Made by a program: the position numbers and the translations under genes. From an uncultured Candidatus Saccharibacteria bacterium (GTDB taxonomy: Bacteria; Patescibacteriota; Saccharimonadia; Saccharimonadales; AWTP1-31), in NCBI GenBank assembly GCA_964409615.1, contig CAYPDT010000001.1:243880-307879 (forward strand): a stretch of 64,000 nucleotides of DNA, in the 5' to 3' direction. Below, one piece after another: positions 46,867-55,777 of this stretch (position 1 is the first letter of the stretch; every line of letters begins with the position of its first letter). A model generated the notes under the pieces. The model saw only the letters and a list, made by a program, of their open reading frames with translations, was not told the origin of the DNA and ran no database searches.

Positions 46867-47505
46867 TTACGATAGTATCTGCGAAAGTTGAGTTATGACG
46901 TGCGTTGGCTGAAGCCCGGTTAGATATTCCTTGTCGTGGAAAAGGTGGTGTTGTGGCGGGTAGAACAAAATGCTGTCGCAGCCGGCATTTTTAGCTGCCA
47001 GCATATCCTTGTCAGAATCACCAATCATCACACAATCACTGATATCCACACCAAGCTGCTGTGCGGCAAAACGCAGGCTTTCGGGATCTGGTTTGTGGCT
47101 CGTTACATCATCGCCGGTTACCACACTCTGAAAATACTCGAGAATATTGTGATGCTCCAATACTGTATCAATAGTCTTGCGTATACTGCTGGTAACTAAC
47201 GCTAGCTTCTTACTACCGTCTGCCTGCAAAGCCTGAAGTGTTTCACGCGCCTGGGGATAGAGTGGTGCTTTCTGGATGGCGGCGTGCGAGATTTCTTCGA
47301 GCTCTGCAATAAATGTATCTGTACTTTTGGCATCCAGCCCCAGTTTTTCGGCTGCACGCCAATCGCCAAACAATGCAGCAATCTGGGCATCAGTTGGGTG
47401 TAAGTCGTATTTATTGTAATGACTACGCAGTATATCAAGCCACACTTGTAACGTCTGGCATAACGTGCCATCCCAATCGAACAAGTAGGCTTGATACTGC
47501 TTCAT
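46867..47505 (-). CDS. HAD-superfamily phosphatase (phosphoglycolate phosphatase-like, IA)
   Basis: Motif I YLFDWDGTL, motif II LVTSS, motif IV GDSDKDMLAAKNAG. Confidence 0.75.
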   Translation of the reverse strand: MKQYQAYLFDWDGTLCQTLQVWLDILRSHYNKYDLHPTDAQIAALFGDWRAAEKLGLDAKSTDTFIAELEEISHAAIQKAPLYPQARETLQALQADGSKKLALVTSSIRKTIDTVLEHHNILEYFQSVVTGDDVTSHKPDPESLRFAAQQLGVDISDCVMIGDSDKDMLAAKNAGCDSILFYPPQHHLFHDKEYLTGLQPTHVITQLSQILS

Positions 47506-47521
47506 CGTTACGTGTAATTAC

Positions 47522-49036
47522 CTACTTAGCGAATTCAATAGCACGAGTTTCGCGAATAACATTCACTTTGATTGTTCCGGGATATTGCATAGTACTTTCA
47601 ATCTTGGTGGCAATATCACGGGCCAAGCGAATAGCACTCAGGTCATCGACGTTTTGTGGGCGCACAAAGACACGCACTTCACGACCTGCGCTAATGGCAT
47701 AGCTCTTGTCGATACCCTCAAAACCGTTGGCAATGTTTTCGAGTTCTTTCATACGCTCCGCAAAATTCTCGGCACTAATATTGCGCGCACCGGGTCGTGA
47801 GGCAGAGATAGCGTCTACAACACGAACAATTACTGCTTCCACGCTAGTCGCTTCTACGTCATCGTGGTGCTGTTCTGCGGCTTGAGCAACGGCCTCTGGA
47901 GCACCATATTTACGCAGCATTTCGCCACTAATATGGTGGTGCTTGCCTTCCATTTTGTGCGTTAGAGCTTTACCGAGATCATGTACTAAAGCTGCGTATT
48001 TAGTGACGCGCACATCAGCACCAACTTCTTCGGCAATAACACCTGCAATGTGTGCCATTTCGGTTGAGTGCTTCAGAACATTTTGACCATAGCTTGTTCG
48101 ATACTTTAGCTCGCCTAACAGTTGTAATACCTCTTTTGGAATACCAATCACACCGACTTCTCGGGCGGCATCCTCACCAGCTCGCACGACGTCTTTGAGG
48201 ACTGTTTTTTGTGCTTTATCAACAACTTCTTCAATGCGACCCGGATGGATGCGTCCATCTTTCATTAGCATCTCTAAGGCCTGCCGTGCAACTTCACGAC
48301 GAACAGGATCGAAGGAGCTCAAGATAATCATGCCTGGTGTATCATCAACCATAATGTCGACACCAGTAGCCCGTTGTAAGGCTTGGATATTTCGGCCTTC
48401 TTTACCAATAATGCGGCCCTTCATTTCCTCGTCCTCAAGCTTGACAGCCGTGACTGTTCGCTCGGCGGTTACTTCGCTGGCCATTCGTTCCATCGCAGAG
48501 GTAATAATGACAGCTGCTTGTTCTTCGGCAGCATCACGAGCATCGGCTTGCAGTTTTGCAACCAGACCTGTGAGGTCGTTCTTGATGTCGCGCTCGGTCA
48601 TTTTCATGAGCTTCTCGGCAGCATCTTCTTTGGTTAGCTTAGCAACTTTCTCTAGCTTTTCTTGCTGCTTCTTACGAATCTCACGGATTTCGTTCTTGAA
48701 GTCTTCGAGTTCGTCTTCGGCTTTACGCAAGTTTTCACTTCGCTTATCCAACTGATCAAGTTTCTTGTCGAGCGATTCTTGTCGTTCTAGTAAACGCTGC
48801 TCAATTTCTTTAACTTCTCGGCGACGAGTCTGCTCTTCTTTACGGGCATTTTCAGCGAGTTTAGCTGCTTCTTCGCGCGCTTCAGCAATCTGCTTGTCTG
48901 CTTCTTTTTTAGCCTTCTTAAGCTCTTTCTCGGCGGCATCCTGCGCTCCGCCAAGCTTCTTTTTGGTGATAACAGTATTGGCACCAAAGCCAATACCAAG
49001 ACCAGCCACTGCAAGTACAATGGTAATTGGATCCAT
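47522..49036 (-). CDS. rny: Ribonuclease Y
   Basis: N-terminal TM (MDPITIVLAVAGLGIGFG), a long E/K coiled coil, a KH domain (GRIIGKEGRNIQAL) and an HD domain (LVHDLGKA..). Start placed at 49036, which has SD GAAAGGA. Confidence 0.9.
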   Translation of the reverse strand: MDPITIVLAVAGLGIGFGANTVITKKKLGGAQDAAEKELKKAKKEADKQIAEAREEAAKLAENARKEEQTRRREVKEIEQRLLERQESLDKKLDQLDKRSENLRKAEDELEDFKNEIREIRKKQQEKLEKVAKLTKEDAAEKLMKMTERDIKNDLTGLVAKLQADARDAAEEQAAVIITSAMERMASEVTAERTVTAVKLEDEEMKGRIIGKEGRNIQALQRATGVDIMVDDTPGMIILSSFDPVRREVARQALEMLMKDGRIHPGRIEEVVDKAQKTVLKDVVRAGEDAAREVGVIGIPKEVLQLLGELKYRTSYGQNVLKHSTEMAHIAGVIAEEVGADVRVTKYAALVHDLGKALTHKMEGKHHHISGEMLRKYGAPEAVAQAAEQHHDDVEATSVEAVIVRVVDAISASRPGARNISAENFAERMKELENIANGFEGIDKSYAISAGREVRVFVRPQNVDDLSAIRLARDIATKIESTMQYPGTIKVNVIRETRAIEFAK

Positions 49037-49199
49037 AGTAGTCCTTTCTATAAGCACAGATAGGCCTAGCAATCACTATCACTTCTTTAGCTAGAATCTA
49101 TCTGTTAATTCGATATTAGTAATGAGTAAAACACATACGGATGGATGCTCTCAAACGCGACCAATCCTTAGTACCTATAATAGCACAGCCGGCCAGGCC

Positions 49200-50099
49200 T
49201 TAGACAGGTACTGCGTAGACAATAATACGCTGCTCATATTGCTTGGTAGAGCTGTTGTACTTACCGGTGCAAGTAATCAAGTTCAGGCCCTGCCGATTGC
49301 TATCAGCAGGCACCATTGCTGAAGCCATGTCGGTATCGCTTGCGTCTGCTACCGAGCTCTTGACGACCTTATAGCTAAGTTTTTGGCCATCGCCACGTTC
49401 TACTTCGATGATGTCCCCTGCAACCAGCTTCTTAATGCCGTAGAAGGCGCCACGAGTGGTTGGGCCCGATACATGGCTGTCGAACAGCATAGCGCCGTCT
49501 TCGCCTGGCTTAGCACTGCCGTCATACCAACCTACATCGTGAACGTTACCCGGAGCCCTTACTGCACCGTCTTTATCGAGACCTTGGCGGGTTACTCGAG
49601 CAGTTAGGCCCAGTTTAGCGATACGAACATAGCGAGGCAAGTCTGGGGCAACACGGTATTCACCAACTGCCTGTGCTGATGGTGCTTGCTCATTCGGGGC
49701 AGTTTCGGGATTTTGCTGAGCCTGCTTTGTTACAGCCTGTACCTGCGCTTCGACATGCTTATTGGTACGCAATCCAATAAGCGCGACGGCAATGCCAGAT
49801 ACAAAAACGACCGCAGCCATACTCATCAGAATTTGCTGTCCGCCAATCCGGGCTCGGCGCTTCTTAGAGGTTACTTTGGGCGGAGTAGTAATGGCTCGCA
49901 ACAATACTTCAGACTTCTCCTGGCGTTGCCGTGCCGGCTTAACGGAGCTTACCTGGCGAGCGGGGCGCTCGTAAACATCACGGATATCACGAGTTTGTAC
50001 TTGCCGTGCCGCTGGCTTGACGAAATACGAGCCTCTCCCTAAGTCACGAAAGCGACCAGAGAAAGCGGGATTATCGAGTGTTATACGAGCTGTTGACAT
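49200..50099 (-). CDS. Sortase (class E/F-like) with ~95-aa cytoplasmic N-terminal extension
   Basis: TM at about aa 97-118. Conserved His (FDSHVSG), LITCTG and QRIIVYA. Confidence 0.8.
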   Translation of the reverse strand: MSTARITLDNPAFSGRFRDLGRGSYFVKPAARQVQTRDIRDVYERPARQVSSVKPARQRQEKSEVLLRAITTPPKVTSKKRRARIGGQQILMSMAAVVFVSGIAVALIGLRTNKHVEAQVQAVTKQAQQNPETAPNEQAPSAQAVGEYRVAPDLPRYVRIAKLGLTARVTRQGLDKDGAVRAPGNVHDVGWYDGSAKPGEDGAMLFDSHVSGPTTRGAFYGIKKLVAGDIIEVERGDGQKLSYKVVKSSVADASDTDMASAMVPADSNRQGLNLITCTGKYNSSTKQYEQRIIVYAVPV

Positions 50100-50165
50100 G
50101 ATTTTTTGTTTTTTGTTTTATTTTTTTGAACTTTTTGGAATTAAACGTTTGAACTTTTGTATCTG

Positions 50166-51353
50166 CTAGCGTCGCACTCGCTTAGTAGCAGGCTTCATAC
50201 GTCGCGCAATTACGGTTAAGGTGACGGCAGAAGCTAGAGTGACACCAGCAATTAAAGCTGGATTGTTGAGTAGCAAGCCAAAACCGGTATTTGGTACCTT
50301 TGGCGTTTGCTTGGCGACGTTAACAATACATGCCGCTGGTCCATTCAAGAAGTTTGCAACTCGGTTGTTATCAGTATCGTACTGCAAGCAGTGACCATTG
50401 GTGGTAATGCCAGCCAAATTAACCTGAACCGGTCGGTTAACGTTATCTACAATTCCGAAACGAGCGTTACCGAGTAGTGTAATGTGAGGAACGGTGTACA
50501 CAACGGCTGCTGTGCTCGACCAAAACTCAATCTGGTTGGCCAAGAATGTTCCCTCTGTTTCTGGAGGGCTGATATTGATAGGGTTATTGATAGTGACTTG
50601 GCCATCGGCCTCGAATAAGATGCGCGAGTTAGGACTAATATTGATAGTAGAACTACCGAACGCCGTAGTAAGTCCATCGATAGTTGTGGCGTAGTTGAGG
50701 GTAGTTAGGTTGGTTGTGCCAGAGTAATCGTTAGCATTATTCATGAAGAAAGCCGTCGTGGCAGGGATTTCAACCGTAAGCGTACCATTACCGGTAACTC
50801 TGACGCCAAAGTTAAGTGTTGTACCAACATAGATTGAGGTCACTCGATATGTCGCAATATTACCACCAAGTGTTAGTACACCAGAACTATCACCCAGGTA
50901 AACATTAGTAAGCACTGAGTTTGCCCCTAATGTAACAGCACCGTCTAGCGGAAGTAAATCTTGGATGGTATAACCGCTGGGCGCTGGTGAACTTGCAGCA
51001 TTGTGGGTAATAGGACCGGTAATTGTCAGTCCGGCAGTGTTATGAATCCATGCTTGCCCATTACCAGATACGTCGGGATCATAGCCACTGGTAGTTATCG
51101 AGGCAACCGTCAGGTTTGCGATATCTTGTATGGTTGATGATGAAGTGCTAGTATTTCCGATTATTACAATGTCATCTCCATTGGTTGGTGCCGTGCCACC
51201 TTGCCAGTTAGCAGTATTACTCCAGTCGCAATCAGATGAGTTAGTACATGCAGTACCGACCCAGTTTTTTGTGGCGGCAAAAGCGCTGTCACCACGAAGA
51301 AAGATGCCAGCCGCCAAGAGCAACGACAAAATCACCAGCTTCTTTATATTCAT
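50166..51353 (-). CDS. Sortase-anchored surface protein (VPNTG signal), Thr/Asn/Gly-rich
   Basis: Signal peptide ..GDSAFA/ATKN. The C-terminus is KVPNTG, a hydrophobic helix and RRMKPATKRVRR. Confidence 0.7.
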   Translation of the reverse strand: MNIKKLVILSLLLAAGIFLRGDSAFAATKNWVGTACTNSSDCDWSNTANWQGGTAPTNGDDIVIIGNTSTSSSTIQDIANLTVASITTSGYDPDVSGNGQAWIHNTAGLTITGPITHNAASSPAPSGYTIQDLLPLDGAVTLGANSVLTNVYLGDSSGVLTLGGNIATYRVTSIYVGTTLNFGVRVTGNGTLTVEIPATTAFFMNNANDYSGTTNLTTLNYATTIDGLTTAFGSSTINISPNSRILFEADGQVTINNPINISPPETEGTFLANQIEFWSSTAAVVYTVPHITLLGNARFGIVDNVNRPVQVNLAGITTNGHCLQYDTDNNRVANFLNGPAACIVNVAKQTPKVPNTGFGLLLNNPALIAGVTLASAVTLTVIARRMKPATKRVRR

Positions 51354-51426
51354 ATTTGTTTTTCCTTTTTGTTTTAGTAAGGCTTACCATAAGCGTAACT
51401 AAGCCTTGCACCACTGTCAAGGGTTT

Positions 51427-51816
51427 TTATTTTCGCTGTTGGGTAATGTGCACCGGTGCGCCGTATTCTGGCAACACAACTCGGGAGCTGGCGCTACCTT
51501 CTATTCGGCGGAGTCCTTGCGATATCCATGTTTCGCCAGTACTACCAACAACAGGGATGTCCAAGCTGGCGGCAAGGGCATTAGCAACGCTCAAGCCAAT
51601 TCTGAGCCCTGTGAAGCTTCCAGGCCCCTCATAGCAAACGATGCCGGTGATTGCTGACCAACTCTGATTTTGTTGGCTCAACATGTCTCTTATCTTAGCG
51701 TGAAGCGTCTCGGCCAATTGGCGATGAGCCTCCCAGGTTATGTAGGCACATTGCATGCCATCTTGAAACAGGCCAATCTCGGCTTCGGGTTTATCTGTTC
51801 GCAAGACAAGAATCAT
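51427..51816 (-). CDS. tsaB: tRNA t6A biosynthesis protein TsaB (short form)
   Basis: The segment GIVCYEGPGSFTGLRIGLSVANALA is typical of TsaB/YeaZ. Only 129 aa. Confidence 0.75.
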   Translation of the reverse strand: MILVLRTDKPEAEIGLFQDGMQCAYITWEAHRQLAETLHAKIRDMLSQQNQSWSAITGIVCYEGPGSFTGLRIGLSVANALAASLDIPVVGSTGETWISQGLRRIEGSASSRVVLPEYGAPVHITQQRK

Positions 51817-51843
51817 ATCAGCCTATTATACAATCTTTTCCTT

Positions 51844-51868
51844 GTTTCCAAGGTCCGACCTTGGAAAC
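51844..51868. repeat. REP-like palindrome copy b (GTTTCCAAGGTC-C-GACCTTGGAAAC)
   Basis: Identical arms to copy a with the central base complemented, meaning opposite orientation. It lies between the sortase stop (51885) and the tsaB start (51816). Confidence 0.8.
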
Positions 51869-51884
51869 CTTAGAAAAATGGAGG

Positions 51885-52820
51885 TTAGACTTGTTCGGCG
51901 TACACAATGATGCGTTGTTCAAAACTGTTCGTTTTGCGGTTAAATGCGCCACCGCAAGATATAATGTTTAACCCGTGTTTGGCTGTAGCTGGTTGCATCA
52001 CCTCGTACATATTGACGTCTGCTACATAGTGTTGCTCTGTCTTAATAACTTTATATGTAACCTTCGTCTTATCGCCCCGTTCGATACTAATAATATCCCC
52101 CGCCTGAAGTTTCTTGAGATTCACAAATACGCCCGGTTGTGTCGGGCCAGAAATATGACCATCAATAACGGTAGCACCACTTGCTTCTCCAGGTTTTGCA
52201 CTGCCGGTGTACCAGCCAGCATCATGGACATTATTTGGGGCTAAAAGCGTATCTTGCTTGTCTAGACCAACACGCATCACTCGGGCTTTTGCATTTAACT
52301 TAGGTATTTCGATAATACGGGGCGCATCAGGAGCAACTGAGTATGAGTCGAGGTTGTTTGGCTTGGCCTCATCAACATCTAGCGGACCACTTGCAGCCTG
52401 AGCGGATACTGTAGCAGTTGCCATTCTATCTATTCGGAATGAGTTAATCGAAACCGCGATACCCACTACAAACAAAAATGTTGCCATAGCCATAAGCATG
52501 CGATTAGATACAGTAACCTTCTGCTGCTTGGTAGGTTGCTTTTCGAGCTTCCAGGCCTCGGCGCGTTTGGCGAAATCTATACGCTCGGCTGTAGTAGAAA
52601 TAATTGAGGCAGGCGATGCTTGAAGGGGAGCCTCATGAGGCAACACTTCAACTGGAGCAACATACGAGTTACTCAATATCGTTTGCATAGGTGCGGTTGG
52701 TGCAGCAGCCGTTTGAACAACTGGACTACGCTGACTGACCGACTGGACAGGACGCCGTTTGTACGGCTGAATCCTGTCATACAGCAGCGACCTATCAAAT
52801 TGTATCGATTGTGTACTCAT
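51885..52820 (-). CDS. Sortase (class E/F-like) with ~100-aa cytoplasmic N-terminal extension
   Basis: TM at about aa 107-128. Conserved His (IDGHISG), catalytic Cys context LNIISCGG, and QRIIVYA. Confidence 0.8.
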   Translation of the reverse strand: MSTQSIQFDRSLLYDRIQPYKRRPVQSVSQRSPVVQTAAAPTAPMQTILSNSYVAPVEVLPHEAPLQASPASIISTTAERIDFAKRAEAWKLEKQPTKQQKVTVSNRMLMAMATFLFVVGIAVSINSFRIDRMATATVSAQAASGPLDVDEAKPNNLDSYSVAPDAPRIIEIPKLNAKARVMRVGLDKQDTLLAPNNVHDAGWYTGSAKPGEASGATVIDGHISGPTQPGVFVNLKKLQAGDIISIERGDKTKVTYKVIKTEQHYVADVNMYEVMQPATAKHGLNIISCGGAFNRKTNSFEQRIIVYAEQV

Positions 52821-52866
52821 TTTGTTTTTTGTTTTGTTTTATTTTTGTGCGAACGGTTTTTTTATT

Positions 52867-54798
52867 CTAACGACTAGCTGTAGTGGACGAATACCTCTTA
52901 GCAATGATCACGATGAGCGCAGTGGTAAACAGTGTGACTGTCAGAGTGACAATGGGGTTGCTTCGGATGAGGCCACCAAAACCAGTGTTTGGTACACCCA
53001 GGTTGCGTGACAGCAAGACTTGCCCATCATTACCTGCGGAAGGGTTGCTTGGGAATTGAGTGGTTGCAGCACCAGCGACAAAACCGACTCTGTACTGCGC
53101 AGCATAACCGCCAACATTACTACATACAACTTTATAGTTTTGCTGACCAGACGTTGCGGTTACATTGATGGTGGCACTGCCGCCTGAGACAGTAGCGGAG
53201 TTGCTGCCAATGGCACAGGTAGTGGCATTCGTAGAAGTAACGGTGATGGGCACGGTGTCACCTTCTGTATGAGTACCGCCAGCTGCGGCTGCAGTTGTAA
53301 TGGCTGGCTTGTTATTCATTGCAGACAAAGTAGCTGCAAGTGCTAATCGCTTCTGTGAAGTCGTGGTATAGCTTGGACGGTTGTCGGTGATAGTCACTGC
53401 AGTCTCTTGCATGATACGGAGTATTGTGGCCACAGTAGCACTGGGGTTCTTTTCGCGCGCTACGGCCCAAGCACCAGCTACTATTGGACCAGCAAAAGAG
53501 GTGCCCTGCTCATCGACTAAACCGTTATTGCTGCTCACATCTGCTAGTGGTAGTCCACCATCATTAGTATTGAGTAGGTCGCCACCTGGCGCAAAGATAT
53601 CTGTTCTAGGACCTGCCTCGGTATAGTAAGCTGGGGTGTCGTCGACAGCACTAGCTGAGACTGCAACCGCGTTGGTTAGACAAGCTGGCCATGCAATTTT
53701 GTTAGCATTAGCAACGTGAACTGTCTGACCATTACCAGTATCTGTATTGCCGTTGTTGTGAGCAATCATGACCGGTGCGATATTAGCTTCACGGAGTGCT
53801 GCAAAAGCAGTGAGATACGGACCAGACTGCGAGTCTGCATCACAAGTGCTCGTGTCGCTGTAGGTGTTGTCTGGCTGTCCGATACTAACATTTACAGAGC
53901 TAATCGGTTCATTAAGTGCAGCATCATTCTGTAGTTGCGCAACTCGGTTGAGACCAGTAAGCACACCACTCATATTAACTTTATAGCAGAAGGAAACTGT
54001 TCCTGGATCTCCACAGAAGTCTGCCTGGCCGGCTTTTTCTTGTACCTTTAAAGTTGCCTTTATAAGTACAAGCTTTGCAGCCTTAGCAGAACCAGAGTAA
54101 CTCTTTCCACCACCTGTGACTTGCCTTCCGGCTGCAGCACTTGCAACGGCAGTCCCGTGAGCACAGGTGCCATCGTCAACTCCTACACTACAATCACTAG
54201 CCGCCGAAGATCCTGTCGATGTACTTGAATCAGCTCCGCCAGCACAAGTACTTATTACTTCAGCATCGGTATAACTTCCGCTTTGGCTGTAGCACGCCTC
54301 ACTCACGACTGCGCCTGACAACATAATGTGATTCAGGTTAAAGCCGGAATCGATAATAGCGACCGTCTGACCATTACCGGTGAAGTTAGTAGTACCATCG
54401 CTAAAACCATTAGCAACAGTTCCGCCCATCACTGGCAATGCCTGGTCGGTTCCAGCACCAATATCCAGTAATTTGTCTTCTGTAATCGATTTAATGCGCT
54501 TGTTAGCACGAAGCGAAGCCTCTCCCTCTGCATCTACCTGGACAACTGATACAGGCATTTCGCTGAGGTTCCGGAGAACGCGCTTATAGCCTTTTGTATA
54601 ACTAAGTTCGGTCATAACTCGGTTTTTCTGCCAGAAATACTTGGCACGAGTCTGAGCAACGCCTACTGATGTTCGCGGTTCACCTGGCAAGCTATCGTAC
54701 GTAATGATAAGCGACTTGATTGGTCCGTTTGGTGTCTCACTTCCCTCAGCCATCACAGGAGTTGAACCAATAAAGGCAAAGCCAGCTAATTGCAGCAA
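52867..54798 (-). CDS. Sortase-anchored S8 (subtilisin-like) serine peptidase, VPNTG signal; 5' end probably at 54860 via a 1-nt shift
   Basis: Catalytic triad contexts VAIIDSGFN (Asp), HGTAVAS (His), GTSFAGPIVAG (Ser). The C-terminus is GVPNTG, a hydrophobic helix and KRYSSTTASR. See the finding on the A7 tract. Confidence 0.8.
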   Translation of the reverse strand: MLQLAGFAFIGSTPVMAEGSETPNGPIKSLIITYDSLPGEPRTSVGVAQTRAKYFWQKNRVMTELSYTKGYKRVLRNLSEMPVSVVQVDAEGEASLRANKRIKSITEDKLLDIGAGTDQALPVMGGTVANGFSDGTTNFTGNGQTVAIIDSGFNLNHIMLSGAVVSEACYSQSGSYTDAEVISTCAGGADSSTSTGSSAASDCSVGVDDGTCAHGTAVASAAAGRQVTGGGKSYSGSAKAAKLVLIKATLKVQEKAGQADFCGDPGTVSFCYKVNMSGVLTGLNRVAQLQNDAALNEPISSVNVSIGQPDNTYSDTSTCDADSQSGPYLTAFAALREANIAPVMIAHNNGNTDTGNGQTVHVANANKIAWPACLTNAVAVSASAVDDTPAYYTEAGPRTDIFAPGGDLLNTNDGGLPLADVSSNNGLVDEQGTSFAGPIVAGAWAVAREKNPSATVATILRIMQETAVTITDNRPSYTTTSQKRLALAATLSAMNNKPAITTAAAAGGTHTEGDTVPITVTSTNATTCAIGSNSATVSGGSATINVTATSGQQNYKVVCSNVGGYAAQYRVGFVAGAATTQFPSNPSAGNDGQVLLSRNLGVPNTGFGGLIRSNPIVTLTVTLFTTALIVIIAKRYSSTTASR

Positions 54799-55026
54799 TA
54801 CAATAGCTACTACACCACTGCAGCCAAAGAATCGGCGTATTTTTTTGTTTGTTGTCTCATATTTTATTTTCCCTCATGTTGTATAAAGAACTTGCTTTGA
54901 GCTTATGTTTAATCAGTTATTCTGTCAACAACAAACTATGTACATGTTGTTTTGTGTACAACTTTTATCCACAAGTGTTTTGTGATTTGCCAGATATCAA
55001 TGATTATTGTTGTTACGTAGTATTAT

Positions 55027-55509
55027 TTACGCACTAATACTTCCGTGCCATTCACTCAGTAGATATGCTATCGAATCAGTCGTTTTAAGTTTAAACAAAC
55101 GGCCATTTGTGCCAGTTGAAGTGATGGTAATTGTCAGACGCGATTGTGGAAGCACATCCTGCACAATATCAGCCCACTCTACAATCACAACAGTATCAGG
55201 TTCGCTGAGTGCCTCGGCAAGTTCAAACTGCATGAGGCCTGGGTCATGCAAACGATAAAAGTCGTAGTGCACAATTCGCTTGTCGCCGCTTCGGTATTCT
55301 TTATTGACCGTAAATGTTGGGCTCGACACTTTATCTTGGCTGCCAAAACCACGAGCGATGCCTCGCACAAGCGTTGTCTTACCGCCACCTAGGTCACTAA
55401 TCAACTCAATCACCTCCCCGCCGCGCAGTCGATTGCCTATTCGCTCACCGATTTTTTCGGTGTCTTCTGAGCTGTCTGAAGAAATTTGCAGCGTCTTGTC
55501 GATATTCAT
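55027..55509 (-). CDS. tsaE: tRNA t6A biosynthesis ATPase TsaE
   Basis: P-loop SDLGGGKTTLVRGIARG, a family-typical N-terminal region (SEDTEKIGERIG) and C-terminal WAD. The start is uncertain (55509, 55518 or 55533). Confidence 0.75.
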   Translation of the reverse strand: MNIDKTLQISSDSSEDTEKIGERIGNRLRGGEVIELISDLGGGKTTLVRGIARGFGSQDKVSSPTFTVNKEYRSGDKRIVHYDFYRLHDPGLMQFELAEALSEPDTVVIVEWADIVQDVLPQSRLTITITSTGTNGRLFKLKTTDSIAYLLSEWHGSISA

Positions 55510-55777
55510 ATGCTCCATATAGTACCGCAGCACCCCCTACCCCGGCAACAACCCCTGAATGGACTGATGGTTTTACTTGCATAGTATTAGCCCTTGCATT
55601 TTTAGACTTGGTCTTGGTAGATGCTGTATTAGATGTGGCTTTTTGGGAAGTCTTGGGAGCAGTACCTTTACCTGCTACTTTTTTGGTAGAGCCTTTTGCT
55701 GGTTTGCTAGTATTAGAGTTTTGGTCGGCCGCAAATTGATTTGCTTGGTTTGGAGTAGGAGATGATGTCCAGTACCA

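Noticed and set aside
47585-49094. Several plus-strand ORFs (e.g. 48195..48755, 48765..49094) opposite rny
   Set aside because: They are antisense to a confidently identified RNase Y gene. Their S/R/A-rich low-complexity translations mirror the E/K-rich coiled coil.
55577-55765. Plus-strand ORF 55577..55765
   Set aside because: It lies opposite the open minus-strand extension of the lamin-tail protein. It has a Cys/Phe/Leu-rich odd composition and no SD.
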